64,000 nucleotides of DNA from Candidatus Latescibacterota bacterium (GTDB lineage: Bacteria > Latescibacterota > UBA2968 > GCA-2709665), in assembly GCA_965203805.1 (NCBI GenBank), contig OZ241917.1:256001-320000 (forward strand). Reading direction: 5' to 3'. Made by a program: the position numbers and the translations under genes. This document shows positions 19,761 through 29,930 of the stretch, piece after piece (position 1 is the stretch's first letter; every line of letters begins with the position of its first letter). The notes below the pieces were generated by a model that was given only the letters and a program-made list of their open reading frames with translations, searched no databases and had not been told where the DNA came from.

Positions 19761-20150
19761 TTAGCGCTGCTCGTCGTGGGTGTCGAATTCGGCCGGCATG
19801 GTGATTTCGATCACTTCCCAGTCGTCGGAGTATTCGAGGACTTCGTGCTTGACACCCGGAGGCTGATACCAGGCGTCGCCCGCCTCGACCCGAATTTCGC
19901 CGATGTCCTCGAAATAGAGGCGGGCCCATCCGCTGATCAGGTATACCATCTGAAATTCCAGGTCGTGGGAGTGATAGCCGAGCGGGCCGGTGCAGGGTTC
20001 GTGAGCACGGATGATATGGGCCAGCACGCGACCCTCCGTCGCATCCCTGATACCCAGGTCGCGATAGCTGAAATACGAGCGCAAACCCTGCTGCATCCAG
20101 CGGGCATCTCTGGCGTGAGCGGCAAACGACTTTACCTTTTTTTCGGACAT
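19761..20150 (-). CDS. Cupin domain protein
   Basis: YRDLGI, HSHDLEFQMVY..G and GDAWYQPPGVKH cupin motifs. Confidence 0.85.
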   Translation of the reverse strand: MSEKKVKSFAAHARDARWMQQGLRSYFSYRDLGIRDATEGRVLAHIIRAHEPCTGPLGYHSHDLEFQMVYLISGWARLYFEDIGEIRVEAGDAWYQPPGVKHEVLEYSDDWEVIEITMPAEFDTHDEQR

Positions 20151-20241
20151 CGTGGATTCCCCTTTCTTCGTGGTGGTATCCATTGACGGTCGGACAATTC
20201 TGACCACGGAGTCTCCGAACGGCTTCCCACCTGCAGGCGCC

Positions 20242-21249
20242 TCACGCGTTCCATACCTGCTGGAAGATGCGCATCCAGTTGGCGCCGAGCAGTTTCGTGA
20301 TCTCTCCGGCGTTATAGCCCCGGTTGGCGAGCGCTTCCGCGACGTTGGGAAACTCCGATGGCGTGGCGATTCCCTTCGGCTGGAAGCTCAGTTCGGTGTA
20401 CGGAAGCGAGGCGTCTGAAAACGTGGATGGAAATTTCGTGCCCTGCTGCGATCCGATATAGTGCCAGAATTCGATGGGTTGATCCTGGGTGGAATCGGTG
20501 CCGATGGCGACGTGGTCGATGCCAATACGTTCTACCATATTGTCGATGGCGTCGACGAAGTCCTCCACCGTTGATTCGAATCCCCGGGGAAGGAAGGGCG
20601 TGAACGACGTTGCGCCCACGACACCCCCTTTTTCAACCAGGCGGTTCAGCGCGTCCTCTTCCTTGTTGCGCGGATGGTCACAAAAGCGCTTCGCGTTGGC
20701 ATGGGTGATGGCGACGGGATATTCGGACGCCTCGATGGCGTCCAGCGTCGTCCGGGGCCCCACGTGCGACAGATCGATGAGAATGCCGAGACGGTTCATC
20801 TCCCGAACCGCGTCGACACCGAAATTGCTGAGTCCTGCGTCGTTTCGTTCCCAGCAGCCGCTGCCCAGAAGGTTGGTCTCGTGGTAAGTGAGTTGGATCA
20901 CCCGGACCCCGAGTGCGAGGAAGAGACCCAGGCGATCGAGTTCGTTCTCGATCGGCGAAGCGTTCTGAAAGCCAAGAATGATCCCGGTCTTTTCCAGCTG
21001 CTTGGCAGCGCGGATGTCGTCCGTTGTTTTCACCTGCAGGATGTCGTCTCGCTCCCGGAACCGGCGCATCCACGTTGCGAGATGCGCCATGGTCTGGCTG
21101 AAGTTTTCCCATGTGGACACCGTCGCGTTGATCGCCGTGAACTTGCCGGCGCGCAGTTCCCGGAATACGGCATCGCTCGTCCAGTTGCATACGCTCAGCC
21201 CGTCGATTACAATCGCGTCGTTGTAGATTTCACTCGGATGCTTTGCCAT
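20242..21249 (-). CDS. Membrane dipeptidase-like protein (peptidase M19)
   Basis: GVRVIQLTY, MNRLGILIDLSH, THAN..HPRNK, GIDHVAIGTD, LLGANW. Confidence 0.88.
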   Translation of the reverse strand: MAKHPSEIYNDAIVIDGLSVCNWTSDAVFRELRAGKFTAINATVSTWENFSQTMAHLATWMRRFRERDDILQVKTTDDIRAAKQLEKTGIILGFQNASPIENELDRLGLFLALGVRVIQLTYHETNLLGSGCWERNDAGLSNFGVDAVREMNRLGILIDLSHVGPRTTLDAIEASEYPVAITHANAKRFCDHPRNKEEDALNRLVEKGGVVGATSFTPFLPRGFESTVEDFVDAIDNMVERIGIDHVAIGTDSTQDQPIEFWHYIGSQQGTKFPSTFSDASLPYTELSFQPKGIATPSEFPNVAEALANRGYNAGEITKLLGANWMRIFQQVWNA

Positions 21250-21263
21250 TGGAACACCCCCAC

Positions 21264-22394
21264 TCAATCGAAGCGGTTTCCGATCCTGAACATGTCGCCC
21301 AGGGGATTCTCCCGGTCTTCCAGGGCGTCGGCGATTACGGGACCGATGGCGCCGCCGAACTTGAACCCGTGGCCGCATCCGCACCCGGCAATCAACACCC
21401 GTTCGAATCCCTGGGCCCAGTCGATGACGAACGCTTCGTCCGCCATATCGGCCATGTTGGTATAGAGACAGGACCGGCCTCCGACCAGTTGCGCCGCACT
21501 GAGACCGGGAATGCGCCGGGCGACGAACTCCCGGGCCCAAGCCAGAAATTCGGGCGTCGGATCGCGTGAAACGTCGACCTCGGCATCGTCCAACTTGCTG
21601 TCTTCCGCCACCTTGACGAACCCCTCGTGCAGATACGGAAACCCGTACCACATGTTGCCGGGCGAAAGGATCGACCACACCGGAAAACGGGACCGTTCGA
21701 AGGGCCCCGGATCGTCGGGTACGAAGAAGGCCATCTGCTGCCGCGTGATGCGTACGCGTTTCTTCATTGCCGGTAGCAGTTCGGCCACCCAGGGGCCGGC
21801 CGCTATGACCGCGCGGTCGAACGCCATCCATGCCGCGCCGGTTCGGACGCTGGCCCGGCCACCCGTCTCTTCCACCGCGGTCACGCACGTATTCTCAAGA
21901 ATGGTCACGCCCGCTTCACGCGCCAGCGTCGCCAGGTCCGCCAGCGCCTGGCCGCTGCGCAGATACCCGGCCCACGGGTCGAAGAAAAGCCGGTCTTCGT
22001 CGCCTACGGTGAACTGCGGGAACCGCTCGCGAACCTGGCCGGCGGTGAGTTCGTAGACGTCCCGCGTCAACCGGCTCAGGGTCTCCCAGCCCGCGTGCGC
22101 TTCGTGATCCGAATCCAGATCGCGCGCGACGATCAGCTTGCCGTTCTGAAAGTAAATCGACCCACCGGTGCGGTTGTGCCACGCCCGCCACTGCCCCGCG
22201 GACCTGGTCACGAGCTCCACGTATGTCTCGTTCGGGTACATCGTGCGCCGGATTACTTTGGAGACATCCGTGCTCGATGCCTCCGGGTTGGGGATCTCGC
22301 CGCGCTCGATCAGCGTGACGTCGTGACCGCGGTTACGCAACTCCAGTGCGGCGGCCATACCAAAGATTCCTGCGCCGACAATACAGACATTCAT
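21264..22394 (-). CDS. FAD-dependent amine oxidase (monomeric sarcosine oxidase/fructosyl-amine oxidase family)
   Basis: IVGAGIFG, SSTDVSKVIR, RSCLYT (covalent-FAD Cys position), GHGFKFG. Confidence 0.85.
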   Translation of the reverse strand: MNVCIVGAGIFGMAAALELRNRGHDVTLIERGEIPNPEASSTDVSKVIRRTMYPNETYVELVTRSAGQWRAWHNRTGGSIYFQNGKLIVARDLDSDHEAHAGWETLSRLTRDVYELTAGQVRERFPQFTVGDEDRLFFDPWAGYLRSGQALADLATLAREAGVTILENTCVTAVEETGGRASVRTGAAWMAFDRAVIAAGPWVAELLPAMKKRVRITRQQMAFFVPDDPGPFERSRFPVWSILSPGNMWYGFPYLHEGFVKVAEDSKLDDAEVDVSRDPTPEFLAWAREFVARRIPGLSAAQLVGGRSCLYTNMADMADEAFVIDWAQGFERVLIAGCGCGHGFKFGGAIGPVIADALEDRENPLGDMFRIGNRFD

Positions 22395-22470
22395 AGGTTT
22401 TCTCTCGAATCGGGGTTGGCGGGTACTGCGGCCGGGCGGGGCCGGGCGCGTTCGGACGATCCTGCGCCGG

Positions 22471-23256
22471 TCACGCCGAGGCGCCGGAATAGTGACGCAG
22501 CCCCCACCGCCAGAAAAGACGAGAGGCGATCAGCATTCCGGCGGCAACGAGAAGGGCGGCGGTCAGGGACTCGGAATCAAGCCGGCCGGTCAGGGCCCGG
22601 GCGGGGACCGTGATTGCAAACGCGACGGGAACGATGAACGTCAATACGAAGCGGAGCCAGTGGGGATAGATGCCTATCGGCCAGCGCCCCGCCTGGACCA
22701 TGGCGTCGAAGATATTGAGGATGTTTTCCACCTTGATGTACCAGAATGAGATGGTGGAAAGGATCAGGAAAAAGCTGTAGATCGTGGCCGCGCCGGACAG
22801 AAGAACCAGGCCGAAAGTGGCGGCGTCGGCAATGCCCACGTCCATGCCCTTCTTGTAGAGGGCATACGACAGCACGATCACGCCCAGCACGAAGTCGGTC
22901 GCCTTCCAGATGCGAAACTGGCTGATGCTGATCAGAAACTGCGCGTCCGCCGGCTTTGTGAGGGTGTAGTCGAGCGTCCCCCGGCGGACGTCCGTCATCA
23001 GCTGCGACATACTGGGCCGGATGACGATAGAGATCGCCCCCCCGATAATGACGAATACGCCGATCAGGGCGAGCAGGTCGTAGGATCGCCAGTCGCCCAG
23101 GGTTTCCGTGTGCAGAAAGACCACGTAGACCCCGAGAAGCGCCTGTACGAGGCTCACCGCGGACTGGAAGATCTGGACGTAGAAGTTGACGCGATAGGCG
23201 AGTTCATTGAGAATGCCAATCTTCAGGAACGTCCAGATCACGTTCACTTTGTGCAC
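22471..23256 (-). CDS. ABC-2 family permease (DUF990-like)
   Basis: AYRVNF, GTLDYTLTKP, GRWPIGIYP, GLRHYSGAS; several TM helices. Confidence 0.85.
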   Translation of the reverse strand: MHKVNVIWTFLKIGILNELAYRVNFYVQIFQSAVSLVQALLGVYVVFLHTETLGDWRSYDLLALIGVFVIIGGAISIVIRPSMSQLMTDVRRGTLDYTLTKPADAQFLISISQFRIWKATDFVLGVIVLSYALYKKGMDVGIADAATFGLVLLSGAATIYSFFLILSTISFWYIKVENILNIFDAMVQAGRWPIGIYPHWLRFVLTFIVPVAFAITVPARALTGRLDSESLTAALLVAAGMLIASRLFWRWGLRHYSGASA

Positions 23257-23283
23257 AGTCGGAGCCCCTCGCTGAATCTGTTC

Positions 23284-24078
23284 TCAGGAACCCACGGCGG
23301 AATATCTCCTGATGCCGCGGCGCCAGACGAATTTGACAATGACGAATCCGATAGCCACCCAAAACGCCTGCATCAGGAAGCCATGTGTGATCTGCGCTCT
23401 GTCGAGCCTTCCGAGGAGCAACTCGACCGGAAAGGCGACGGACCATTTGAACGGGAGCGCGTCCGCGACCGTCCTCGCCCACGCGGGCAGCAGATCCAGC
23501 GGCGCGATTCTGCCAGACAGAAACAGGCCGAAGAAGAAATACATCTGATTGACCGCGTCGGTCCGGGTTGTCCAGAACGCAACAAGGGAGAGTGCCCACT
23601 CGACGAAGAATCTGAGGAGGTACGCGAGTACCAGCGAGAACACGAAGAGCAGCACGTTGATGACTTCAAGGTCGAACGTGGGATTGAACAGGAAGCAGAG
23701 GACGGCCGCCGACGGGATCAATACGCACAATGTCAGGGTCTTGTAGCCAATGTTGTCGGCAATGTCGCTGTGGATCGGATGGATCGGCTTCAGGAGCATC
23801 GCGGACAGCTCCCCGTGCTGCACGCGATAGCCCATCTCGTGCATGATCCAGGTAAACGTCCACATGTTGACGACCATCAGGACGATGTAATACGAGGCAA
23901 ATCCGCCTGCGTCGTATCCGCCCACGTCGCCGCCGCGGGCAAGCGCAACGGTGGACCAGACGACGCAATAGATCGTCGGTTCGAGGAGCCCGCCGATCAT
24001 CCAGATCGCCAGGGCCACGCGGTACTGAAACTGAAGCGCAATGGTGGTCTTCAGGTATGCCCAGTAGATCGCAATCAT
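23284..24078 (-). CDS. ABC-2 family permease (DUF990-like)
   Basis: FQYR, GELSAMLLKP, LSGRIAPLDLLP, GIRRYSAVG. Confidence 0.85.
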   Translation of the reverse strand: MIAIYWAYLKTTIALQFQYRVALAIWMIGGLLEPTIYCVVWSTVALARGGDVGGYDAGGFASYYIVLMVVNMWTFTWIMHEMGYRVQHGELSAMLLKPIHPIHSDIADNIGYKTLTLCVLIPSAAVLCFLFNPTFDLEVINVLLFVFSLVLAYLLRFFVEWALSLVAFWTTRTDAVNQMYFFFGLFLSGRIAPLDLLPAWARTVADALPFKWSVAFPVELLLGRLDRAQITHGFLMQAFWVAIGFVIVKFVWRRGIRRYSAVGS

Positions 24079-24083
24079 CGGTG

Positions 24084-25088
24084 TCAGCCGGCTCCCGCCT
24101 GCCCCCCTCGGTATTCCGGGGTTTCCACCGAGAAGACCTGTTCGATGACCTCCTCGATGGGCGGGTCTTCGACGGTAAGGTCGAGCACGGGCAAATCACC
24201 CAGAATCCTCGCCGTTACCTGTGGGGTGGCTTCTTTGGGTACGCGCAGGGAATAGCGCAAGCCGGCGGCTTCAACCACTTCTCCGTATGGCGTCAGGTCG
24301 GCGCCTTCGGTCTCGAGTTCAACGTCGATGGTCTTGTGCGGGGAGAACCGGGCAACCAGGTCGGAAAGCGCGCCATCGAAGAGAATCCGGCCGTGGTGGA
24401 TGACCACGACACGCCTGCAGAGGGCTTCGACGTCGGCCATGTAATGGCTGGTGAGCAGCACCGTCGCGCCGTGCGCCCGGTTGTAGTCGTCGACGAAGCT
24501 CCGGATGCGGCGCTGCATGGTCACGTCGAGACCGATCGTGGGTTCATCCAGGAAGAGTACCTTCGGTCGATGCAGCAGGGCGGCCGCGATCTCGCATTTC
24601 ATCCGTTCTCCCAGCGACAGGTTTCTGACCGGTTTCGGCAGAAGCGACTCCAGCTCGAGCAACTCCGTCAATTCATCGAGCGTCTCGCTGTAGTCCCCGC
24701 GGGAGATCCGATAGACCGCCCGATTGCGCTCCAGCGAGTCGATCATCGGGATGTCCCAGATCAGCTGGTTTCGCTGGCCCATTACCAGCGTAATCTGGCT
24801 GAGGAACGCCTTCTCGCGCCGGTGAGGGACAAATCCCAGGACGTCGGCCGTGCCCCCGGTGGGGTAGAGCAGCCCCGATAGCATTTTGAGGGTCGTGGTC
24901 TTTCCCGCCCCGTTTGGACCTAGAAACCCGACGACCTCGCCCGGTTCGACGCTGAAGGAAATCGCCTCGACGGCCTTGACCACCCTGGATTTTCGTTTGA
25001 CAAGGCTCTTTGCCGCGGCGCGCAGTCCGGCCTCGCGTTCGGGTACGACGTAGTGTTTGGAAAGGCCTTCTACCGTGATTGCGTGCAT
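24084..25088 (-). CDS. ABC transporter ATP-binding protein
   Basis: GPNGAGKT, LSLGERM, FLDEPTIGLD, LTSH. Confidence 0.92.
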   Translation of the reverse strand: MHAITVEGLSKHYVVPEREAGLRAAAKSLVKRKSRVVKAVEAISFSVEPGEVVGFLGPNGAGKTTTLKMLSGLLYPTGGTADVLGFVPHRREKAFLSQITLVMGQRNQLIWDIPMIDSLERNRAVYRISRGDYSETLDELTELLELESLLPKPVRNLSLGERMKCEIAAALLHRPKVLFLDEPTIGLDVTMQRRIRSFVDDYNRAHGATVLLTSHYMADVEALCRRVVVIHHGRILFDGALSDLVARFSPHKTIDVELETEGADLTPYGEVVEAAGLRYSLRVPKEATPQVTARILGDLPVLDLTVEDPPIEEVIEQVFSVETPEYRGGQAGAG

Positions 25089-25214
25089 GTGATCGTAAGA
25101 CGTCGGCTCCGGAGTTTCGCCATTATAGACAACGAGCCGCCGTTTTTTTGTATTCGGCGGCCCTTGACAGCGAGAACGGGAGTACTCAACCAGGACAACT
25201 CGTAACGCGATCGC

Positions 25215-26447
25215 TCAGGCTTCGATCCTGTCCTTTATCACCCGCCAGTCCGATGCCGTCATGTCGTTGTAATGCCAGTAAATGAGCGTGTTCAGACCGC
25301 CTTGCTCAACGGTCTGCAGCAGGTGTTCGAGTTCGCGGCTGTCCATGCGGACACCACCGTGATGCAGACCCATCCAGGGTCGGATGCGGGAGACGTCGCC
25401 CACGCGTTCCCTCATTTTGAAAATCTCGCTCAGGGCCACCTGCTCGAAGAACTCCGGTGGAAGCGCCGCGTCCAGATCGGCGAGGCGCGCGGCGCCTGGA
25501 ACCCACAGGGCAAAGAGTTCACGAACGCGGTCGAGCGCTTCCGGCTCGGTCATGCCGGGATTCCACTCGCAGAGGGTCTTTCCGTAACGGTACAGCGTGC
25601 CCTTCAGGCCGTCGATGCCGTGTTGCCAGAAATAGAGTTTGGGGCATTGAAAATCGACAATTCCCGCGAGGCGTCCGAAGTTGTAGCCTGTGAGCGGCGC
25701 AAATGCGGGCAGTCGGGGTCCGCAGGCTATCTTTCGCGGTGGATCGAGCGATCGGGCGGTGTCCGCGAAAGCCCGTACGTAGTTTTCGATGCTGTCGGTC
25801 TTGAAGCGGAACCAATCGAAGAGACCCGGGTTCGCAATCAGTGTGTCGAGACCGTCCATCAGGCCGCGTTCCCGGCGACCTGGCGGGAGGTTCCCCAGAT
25901 TCCGCAGACTGTCCTTAAGGCGTGCCTGGGCTTGCCAGACGGCATCGAAATCGTACCCCCATTCCGACGCCCTGTCGCGGCAGCAGTCACAGTCGCAGCG
26001 GAACAGATTGCTCCGATAATCGGGCGCGATCTCATACCCCCACTCGGGCCCGTCAAGGATGAATCCATCCACCCCGGGGAAACTTCGAACCACGTCCCGC
26101 GTCCGTGCCGGCCCGTACCTGAGTTTCTCCGGATCGTTGATGCAGCCCGGCGCTGACTGAAGCCAATCGTGGAGGTACACGCTGAAGTTCCGGTCTTTCG
26201 CCCTTTCGACTGCGCGTTGCAGGATTTCGAACCGGGCGGTGTCTTCGCGTGACATCTCCGGGGGAGGGGTCTCGCATTCCCTGTACAAATTCGGCGTGGG
26301 CGGATACGCCGGCGACGGTCCGAATCTCAGGTCGCCGAGCACGATGTTGCCGATGCCCGCCCCTTCCAGGCGGTCCAGAATACGGTCGGCGCCTTCTTCT
26401 TCGAAGGCGTCGATCCGGCCGATAAACATCCATATATCGAGTGACAT
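25215..26447 (-). CDS. Hypothetical protein, possible glycoside-hydrolase-like TIM barrel
   Basis: Long ORF; VDGFILDGPEW, CxCxxC-like CDCDCC, WFRFK pattern. Confidence 0.6.
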   Translation of the reverse strand: MSLDIWMFIGRIDAFEEEGADRILDRLEGAGIGNIVLGDLRFGPSPAYPPTPNLYRECETPPPEMSREDTARFEILQRAVERAKDRNFSVYLHDWLQSAPGCINDPEKLRYGPARTRDVVRSFPGVDGFILDGPEWGYEIAPDYRSNLFRCDCDCCRDRASEWGYDFDAVWQAQARLKDSLRNLGNLPPGRRERGLMDGLDTLIANPGLFDWFRFKTDSIENYVRAFADTARSLDPPRKIACGPRLPAFAPLTGYNFGRLAGIVDFQCPKLYFWQHGIDGLKGTLYRYGKTLCEWNPGMTEPEALDRVRELFALWVPGAARLADLDAALPPEFFEQVALSEIFKMRERVGDVSRIRPWMGLHHGGVRMDSRELEHLLQTVEQGGLNTLIYWHYNDMTASDWRVIKDRIEA

Positions 26448-26514
26448 GGAAGGTCCGTACAAAAGGAGGGCGGATTTGAAACCCCGCCCCCGTGGGCCCC
26501 TGCGGGTCGAAAAT

Positions 26515-27564
26515 TCAACCGATCTTCAGCATGCGATCCACTGCGCGTCTGGCGCGAATGCGGATGTCTTCAGGTACTTCGATGATCTGTTCGTTGTTTT
26601 TCAGCGCGTTCAGGGTGTCTTCGAGGGTGATTTCGTTCATGTGCGGGCAGCGGATACTGCACAGCCGTACCATTTCCTTGTCGGGGTTATCGGCCATGAT
26701 ATTGTCACCCATGCTGCACTCGGTAAGCAAGAGATAACTGGATGCGTCGGTCTCCTGCACGAAATCGCTCATTTTAGACGTGCTGCTGGAGAAATCGGAA
26801 GCGGAAACGACTTCGGGACTGCACTCCGGATGGGCGAGAACGAGGACGCCGGGAAATTGCTCCCGAACCTGGGTGACATCGTCGACCGTGAATTTCTCAT
26901 GCACTTCGCACCGGCCGTGCCAGCCGATCATCTCGTATTCGAGTTCCGCGCGGGGCAGATCGGGTTCTTCCCGCGAAGGGAAGATGATCCGCTTGCCGGT
27001 TTCCTGCGCCACGTTCGCCGCGAGGTATTCGTCGGGAAGAAAGATGACGGTATCGCTGCCGAGCGATTCCACAACCTTTGCGGCGTTGCTGGACGTGCAG
27101 CAGACGTCGCATTCCGCTTTCACGTCGGCATAGGTGTTGATGTAGGTGACGATGGGGACGCCGGGGTAATCCAGTCTGAGCATGCGGACGTCTTCGGCCG
27201 TGATACTCGCCGCGAGCGAACAGCCCGCAATCTTCGCGGGCAGGAGTACCGTCTTTTCCGGGTTGAGGATCTTTGCGGTTTCCGCCATGAATCGCACGCC
27301 GCAGAACACGATCGGATCGCAGTCGGTTTCAGCGGCTTTGCGGCTGAGTTCGAGCGAATCGCCTACCACGTCCGGCACGGTATGGAAGAGCGCCGGTTCC
27401 ATGTAGTTGTGTCCCAGGATGATGGCGCCGCGCGCCTCCTTCAGGCGGTTGATCTCGTAGACCAGTTCGGCTTTATACAGCAGCTCGATCTCCGGCACAA
27501 GACCACTGAGTTTGCGCTCCATCTGTTCGTACGTATCCTGGAGCGTGTCTGCGAGAATTGCCAT
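26515..27564 (-). CDS. nadA: Quinolinate synthase
   Basis: LGHNY, GDSLEL, FCGVRFMAETAK, GCSLA, YINT, AHPEC, CPHM. Confidence 0.96.
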   Translation of the reverse strand: MAILADTLQDTYEQMERKLSGLVPEIELLYKAELVYEINRLKEARGAIILGHNYMEPALFHTVPDVVGDSLELSRKAAETDCDPIVFCGVRFMAETAKILNPEKTVLLPAKIAGCSLAASITAEDVRMLRLDYPGVPIVTYINTYADVKAECDVCCTSSNAAKVVESLGSDTVIFLPDEYLAANVAQETGKRIIFPSREEPDLPRAELEYEMIGWHGRCEVHEKFTVDDVTQVREQFPGVLVLAHPECSPEVVSASDFSSSTSKMSDFVQETDASSYLLLTECSMGDNIMADNPDKEMVRLCSIRCPHMNEITLEDTLNALKNNEQIIEVPEDIRIRARRAVDRMLKIG

Positions 27565-27667
27565 CGAAAAAGTCTCCGTGCACTTCGAAATCCGAGTTTG
27601 TTAGCGCTAAAGATAACCAAAGTGTTTTGTATCGGCAAGGGCATACCGCCCATGAATTTTCGTTTCG

Positions 27668-28780
27668 TTACGGATGCGTTCCAAAGGAAGTCTGCCGCCG
27701 GGCCCCTGGTCTCGTTCCGGACTCGTCTATCAGGTCCTCCTGCCGGGAACGCTTGAGAAGTTCCGCTTCCGCCGCGTGTCTCTCCGCCTCTGTCTCGAGC
27801 GCCGTTACAGTTACGCCGGGCGCAGGCGCCGGTGAAAGGATCCGGCTGGCGCCGGCATTCCACAGCGCCCTGACAACCGGTTCGGGTTCCGGCGCCAGGG
27901 CAATGATGGTGCCGCCGGCTCCGGCGCCGGCCAGCTTGGCGCCCAGGGCGCCGCAACTCAGCGCGGCCTGAATGAGTCGTTCGTTTTCCGGACCGGAACC
28001 GCCGAGATCCCGCTGGATTTCGTGGTTCTCCGCCATCAGTTCGCCCAGGGTTCGCCAGTCTGTTTCCAGAAGCGCCCGTTTTCCCATCCGGGCCAGGTGG
28101 GCGATGCGGAGGTAGCTGCGAACGACTTCCCGGTCGCCTTCCAGCCAGCGTTCCCGGATCGGCTGGTGTACCCGGGCGGAGTTTCGCTTTACGCCCGTGT
28201 GGGCCAGGATGAAGGGGCAATCCTCGATGAACGGCGCCAGGGGTTCCACGGTGGCGTACGGTTCGTCGGCCAGCGCCCGGTAGAACTGCTTTTCACGGAA
28301 GTCCATAAAGTTCAGACCCCCGATCGTGCACATATATGCGTCCTGATATCCGCAGAGTACAAGATAGTGCAACTCGATGTGGCGGGCCATTTCCGCGCGG
28401 TAGTACACGTGGACCGACCGGCCCATGTAGGCCAGCACAGCGTTGAGGATGGATACAATCAGGGCGGATGAACTCGAAAGACCGGCACGGAAGGGGACGT
28501 CGCAGGCCCAGCGCAGGGAGAATAGCGCGTTCTTCAGGTTGAGGTAGTCGACAACGGCCATCGCAACGTCGAAATATCCGCCGTCCGGTTTCGGTTCGTC
28601 CGAGGGTTGTATCACACGGCGGCAGCCGGCAACCTCGAAGCTCAGAACGTCGGCGGGTTCAATGAGTACGGCAGCACGTTCCCTTGTGGAACAGGAGATG
28701 ACGCTGCCCCCGTACATATCGGTGGGATTGCCGATAATGCCCGCTCTGCCCGGCGCCGTGCTCAGATAGGCCCCCGGCAT
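27668..28780 (-). CDS. GHMP-family sugar kinase (glucuronokinase-like)
   Basis: RAGIIGNPTD, VPFRAGLSSSSA, CGYQD, GAKLAGAGAGG. Confidence 0.8.
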   Translation of the reverse strand: MPGAYLSTAPGRAGIIGNPTDMYGGSVISCSTRERAAVLIEPADVLSFEVAGCRRVIQPSDEPKPDGGYFDVAMAVVDYLNLKNALFSLRWACDVPFRAGLSSSSALIVSILNAVLAYMGRSVHVYYRAEMARHIELHYLVLCGYQDAYMCTIGGLNFMDFREKQFYRALADEPYATVEPLAPFIEDCPFILAHTGVKRNSARVHQPIRERWLEGDREVVRSYLRIAHLARMGKRALLETDWRTLGELMAENHEIQRDLGGSGPENERLIQAALSCGALGAKLAGAGAGGTIIALAPEPEPVVRALWNAGASRILSPAPAPGVTVTALETEAERHAAEAELLKRSRQEDLIDESGTRPGARRQTSFGTHP

Positions 28781-28782
28781 CG

Positions 28783-29688
28783 TCAGAATTCCCTCAGTTG
28801 TTTCTGAATATGCTGGCGGACGATATAACCGTGGCGCTGGTCCGAGATGGCGAAATCGATAAAGGCCTTGTAGTAGGATACCGGGTCGCCGATACCATAT
28901 CGAAGTTCCTCCTTCTTCAGGCGCACGCACCGCACTTTTCGTCCCATCTTGATCAGGGTGGCGATCGCGTCTGTCAACTCCAGTTTGCCGCTCGGCCCGG
29001 GAAGGGTGTGCCGGATTGCGTCGAAAATCTCAGGATGAAACACATACCGCGCGGCGACGGCAAGGCGACTGGGCGCGTCGGCCACGGCCGGCTTCTCGAC
29101 GATGCCCTCGATTTCGAAGTCCGTGCCGGCCCTGTTTTCGGGATTGACAATACCGTAGTTGGACACATCCGAAGGATCCACTTCCACAACAGCGATGGTA
29201 CAGCGGGAATCGTGCCGGAAATGGGACCTGATCATCCTCCGGATCAACCCGGCGTGGCTGCCGGACTTCACAATGGTATCTCCAAGCGCCACGACAAACG
29301 GGTCGTTTCCCACGAAGTCCTCGGCACCGCCGATGGCGTCTCCTATTCCGGGCGGCGTATGCCGCCCCTGGGGGACAAGCTGGCGGGTGAAGAAAAACCT
29401 CACCGCTTCCCGTCCATAGTCCACCGCGTCCAGCAGTTCCCGGTTTTCGCTTTCCGATAGACGATTCAGCAGTTCAGGGTCCCGATCGAAGTGATCTTCC
29501 ACCGACCGTTTGTCCCGCCCGGTAATGAACAGGAATCTTGACAGGCCCTGATCAACCATTTCTTCGACGACGTATTGCACCACGGGTTTGCACCCAACGG
29601 GAAGCATCTCCTTCGGTTGCGATTTGGTGGCCGGCAGGAGCCCGGTACCCATACCGGCCAGCGGGATCACGACCTTTTCGATTTCCAT
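28783..29688 (-). CDS. galU: UTP-sugar-1-phosphate uridylyltransferase (GalU-like)
   Basis: VIPLAGMGT.LLPATK..PKEMLP, LGD, VEKP, LELTDAI; some active-site deviations. Confidence 0.75.
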   Translation of the reverse strand: MEIEKVVIPLAGMGTGLLPATKSQPKEMLPVGCKPVVQYVVEEMVDQGLSRFLFITGRDKRSVEDHFDRDPELLNRLSESENRELLDAVDYGREAVRFFFTRQLVPQGRHTPPGIGDAIGGAEDFVGNDPFVVALGDTIVKSGSHAGLIRRMIRSHFRHDSRCTIAVVEVDPSDVSNYGIVNPENRAGTDFEIEGIVEKPAVADAPSRLAVAARYVFHPEIFDAIRHTLPGPSGKLELTDAIATLIKMGRKVRCVRLKKEELRYGIGDPVSYYKAFIDFAISDQRHGYIVRQHIQKQLREF

Positions 29689-29930
29689 AAGACGGAACTC
29701 CCTGGGTTCGTTGAATACAAAAATCAGGGCGCGCCTGCTGCGGCACACCCTGCATTCGATGTGATGAATATGTTACGTACAGCGGCCATCGAATCCGGCC
29801 GCGCCGGTGTGTCAACGGGGTCGGGCTCTGGCTGCGGACCCAATAATGGGTCAGGCTCGCGGCCGGCAAAGGCCGGGGGAACACCGCATCCCGCCTGCCA
29901 GGGTCCCTTCGGGACGCGTGGCCGCTTGTC

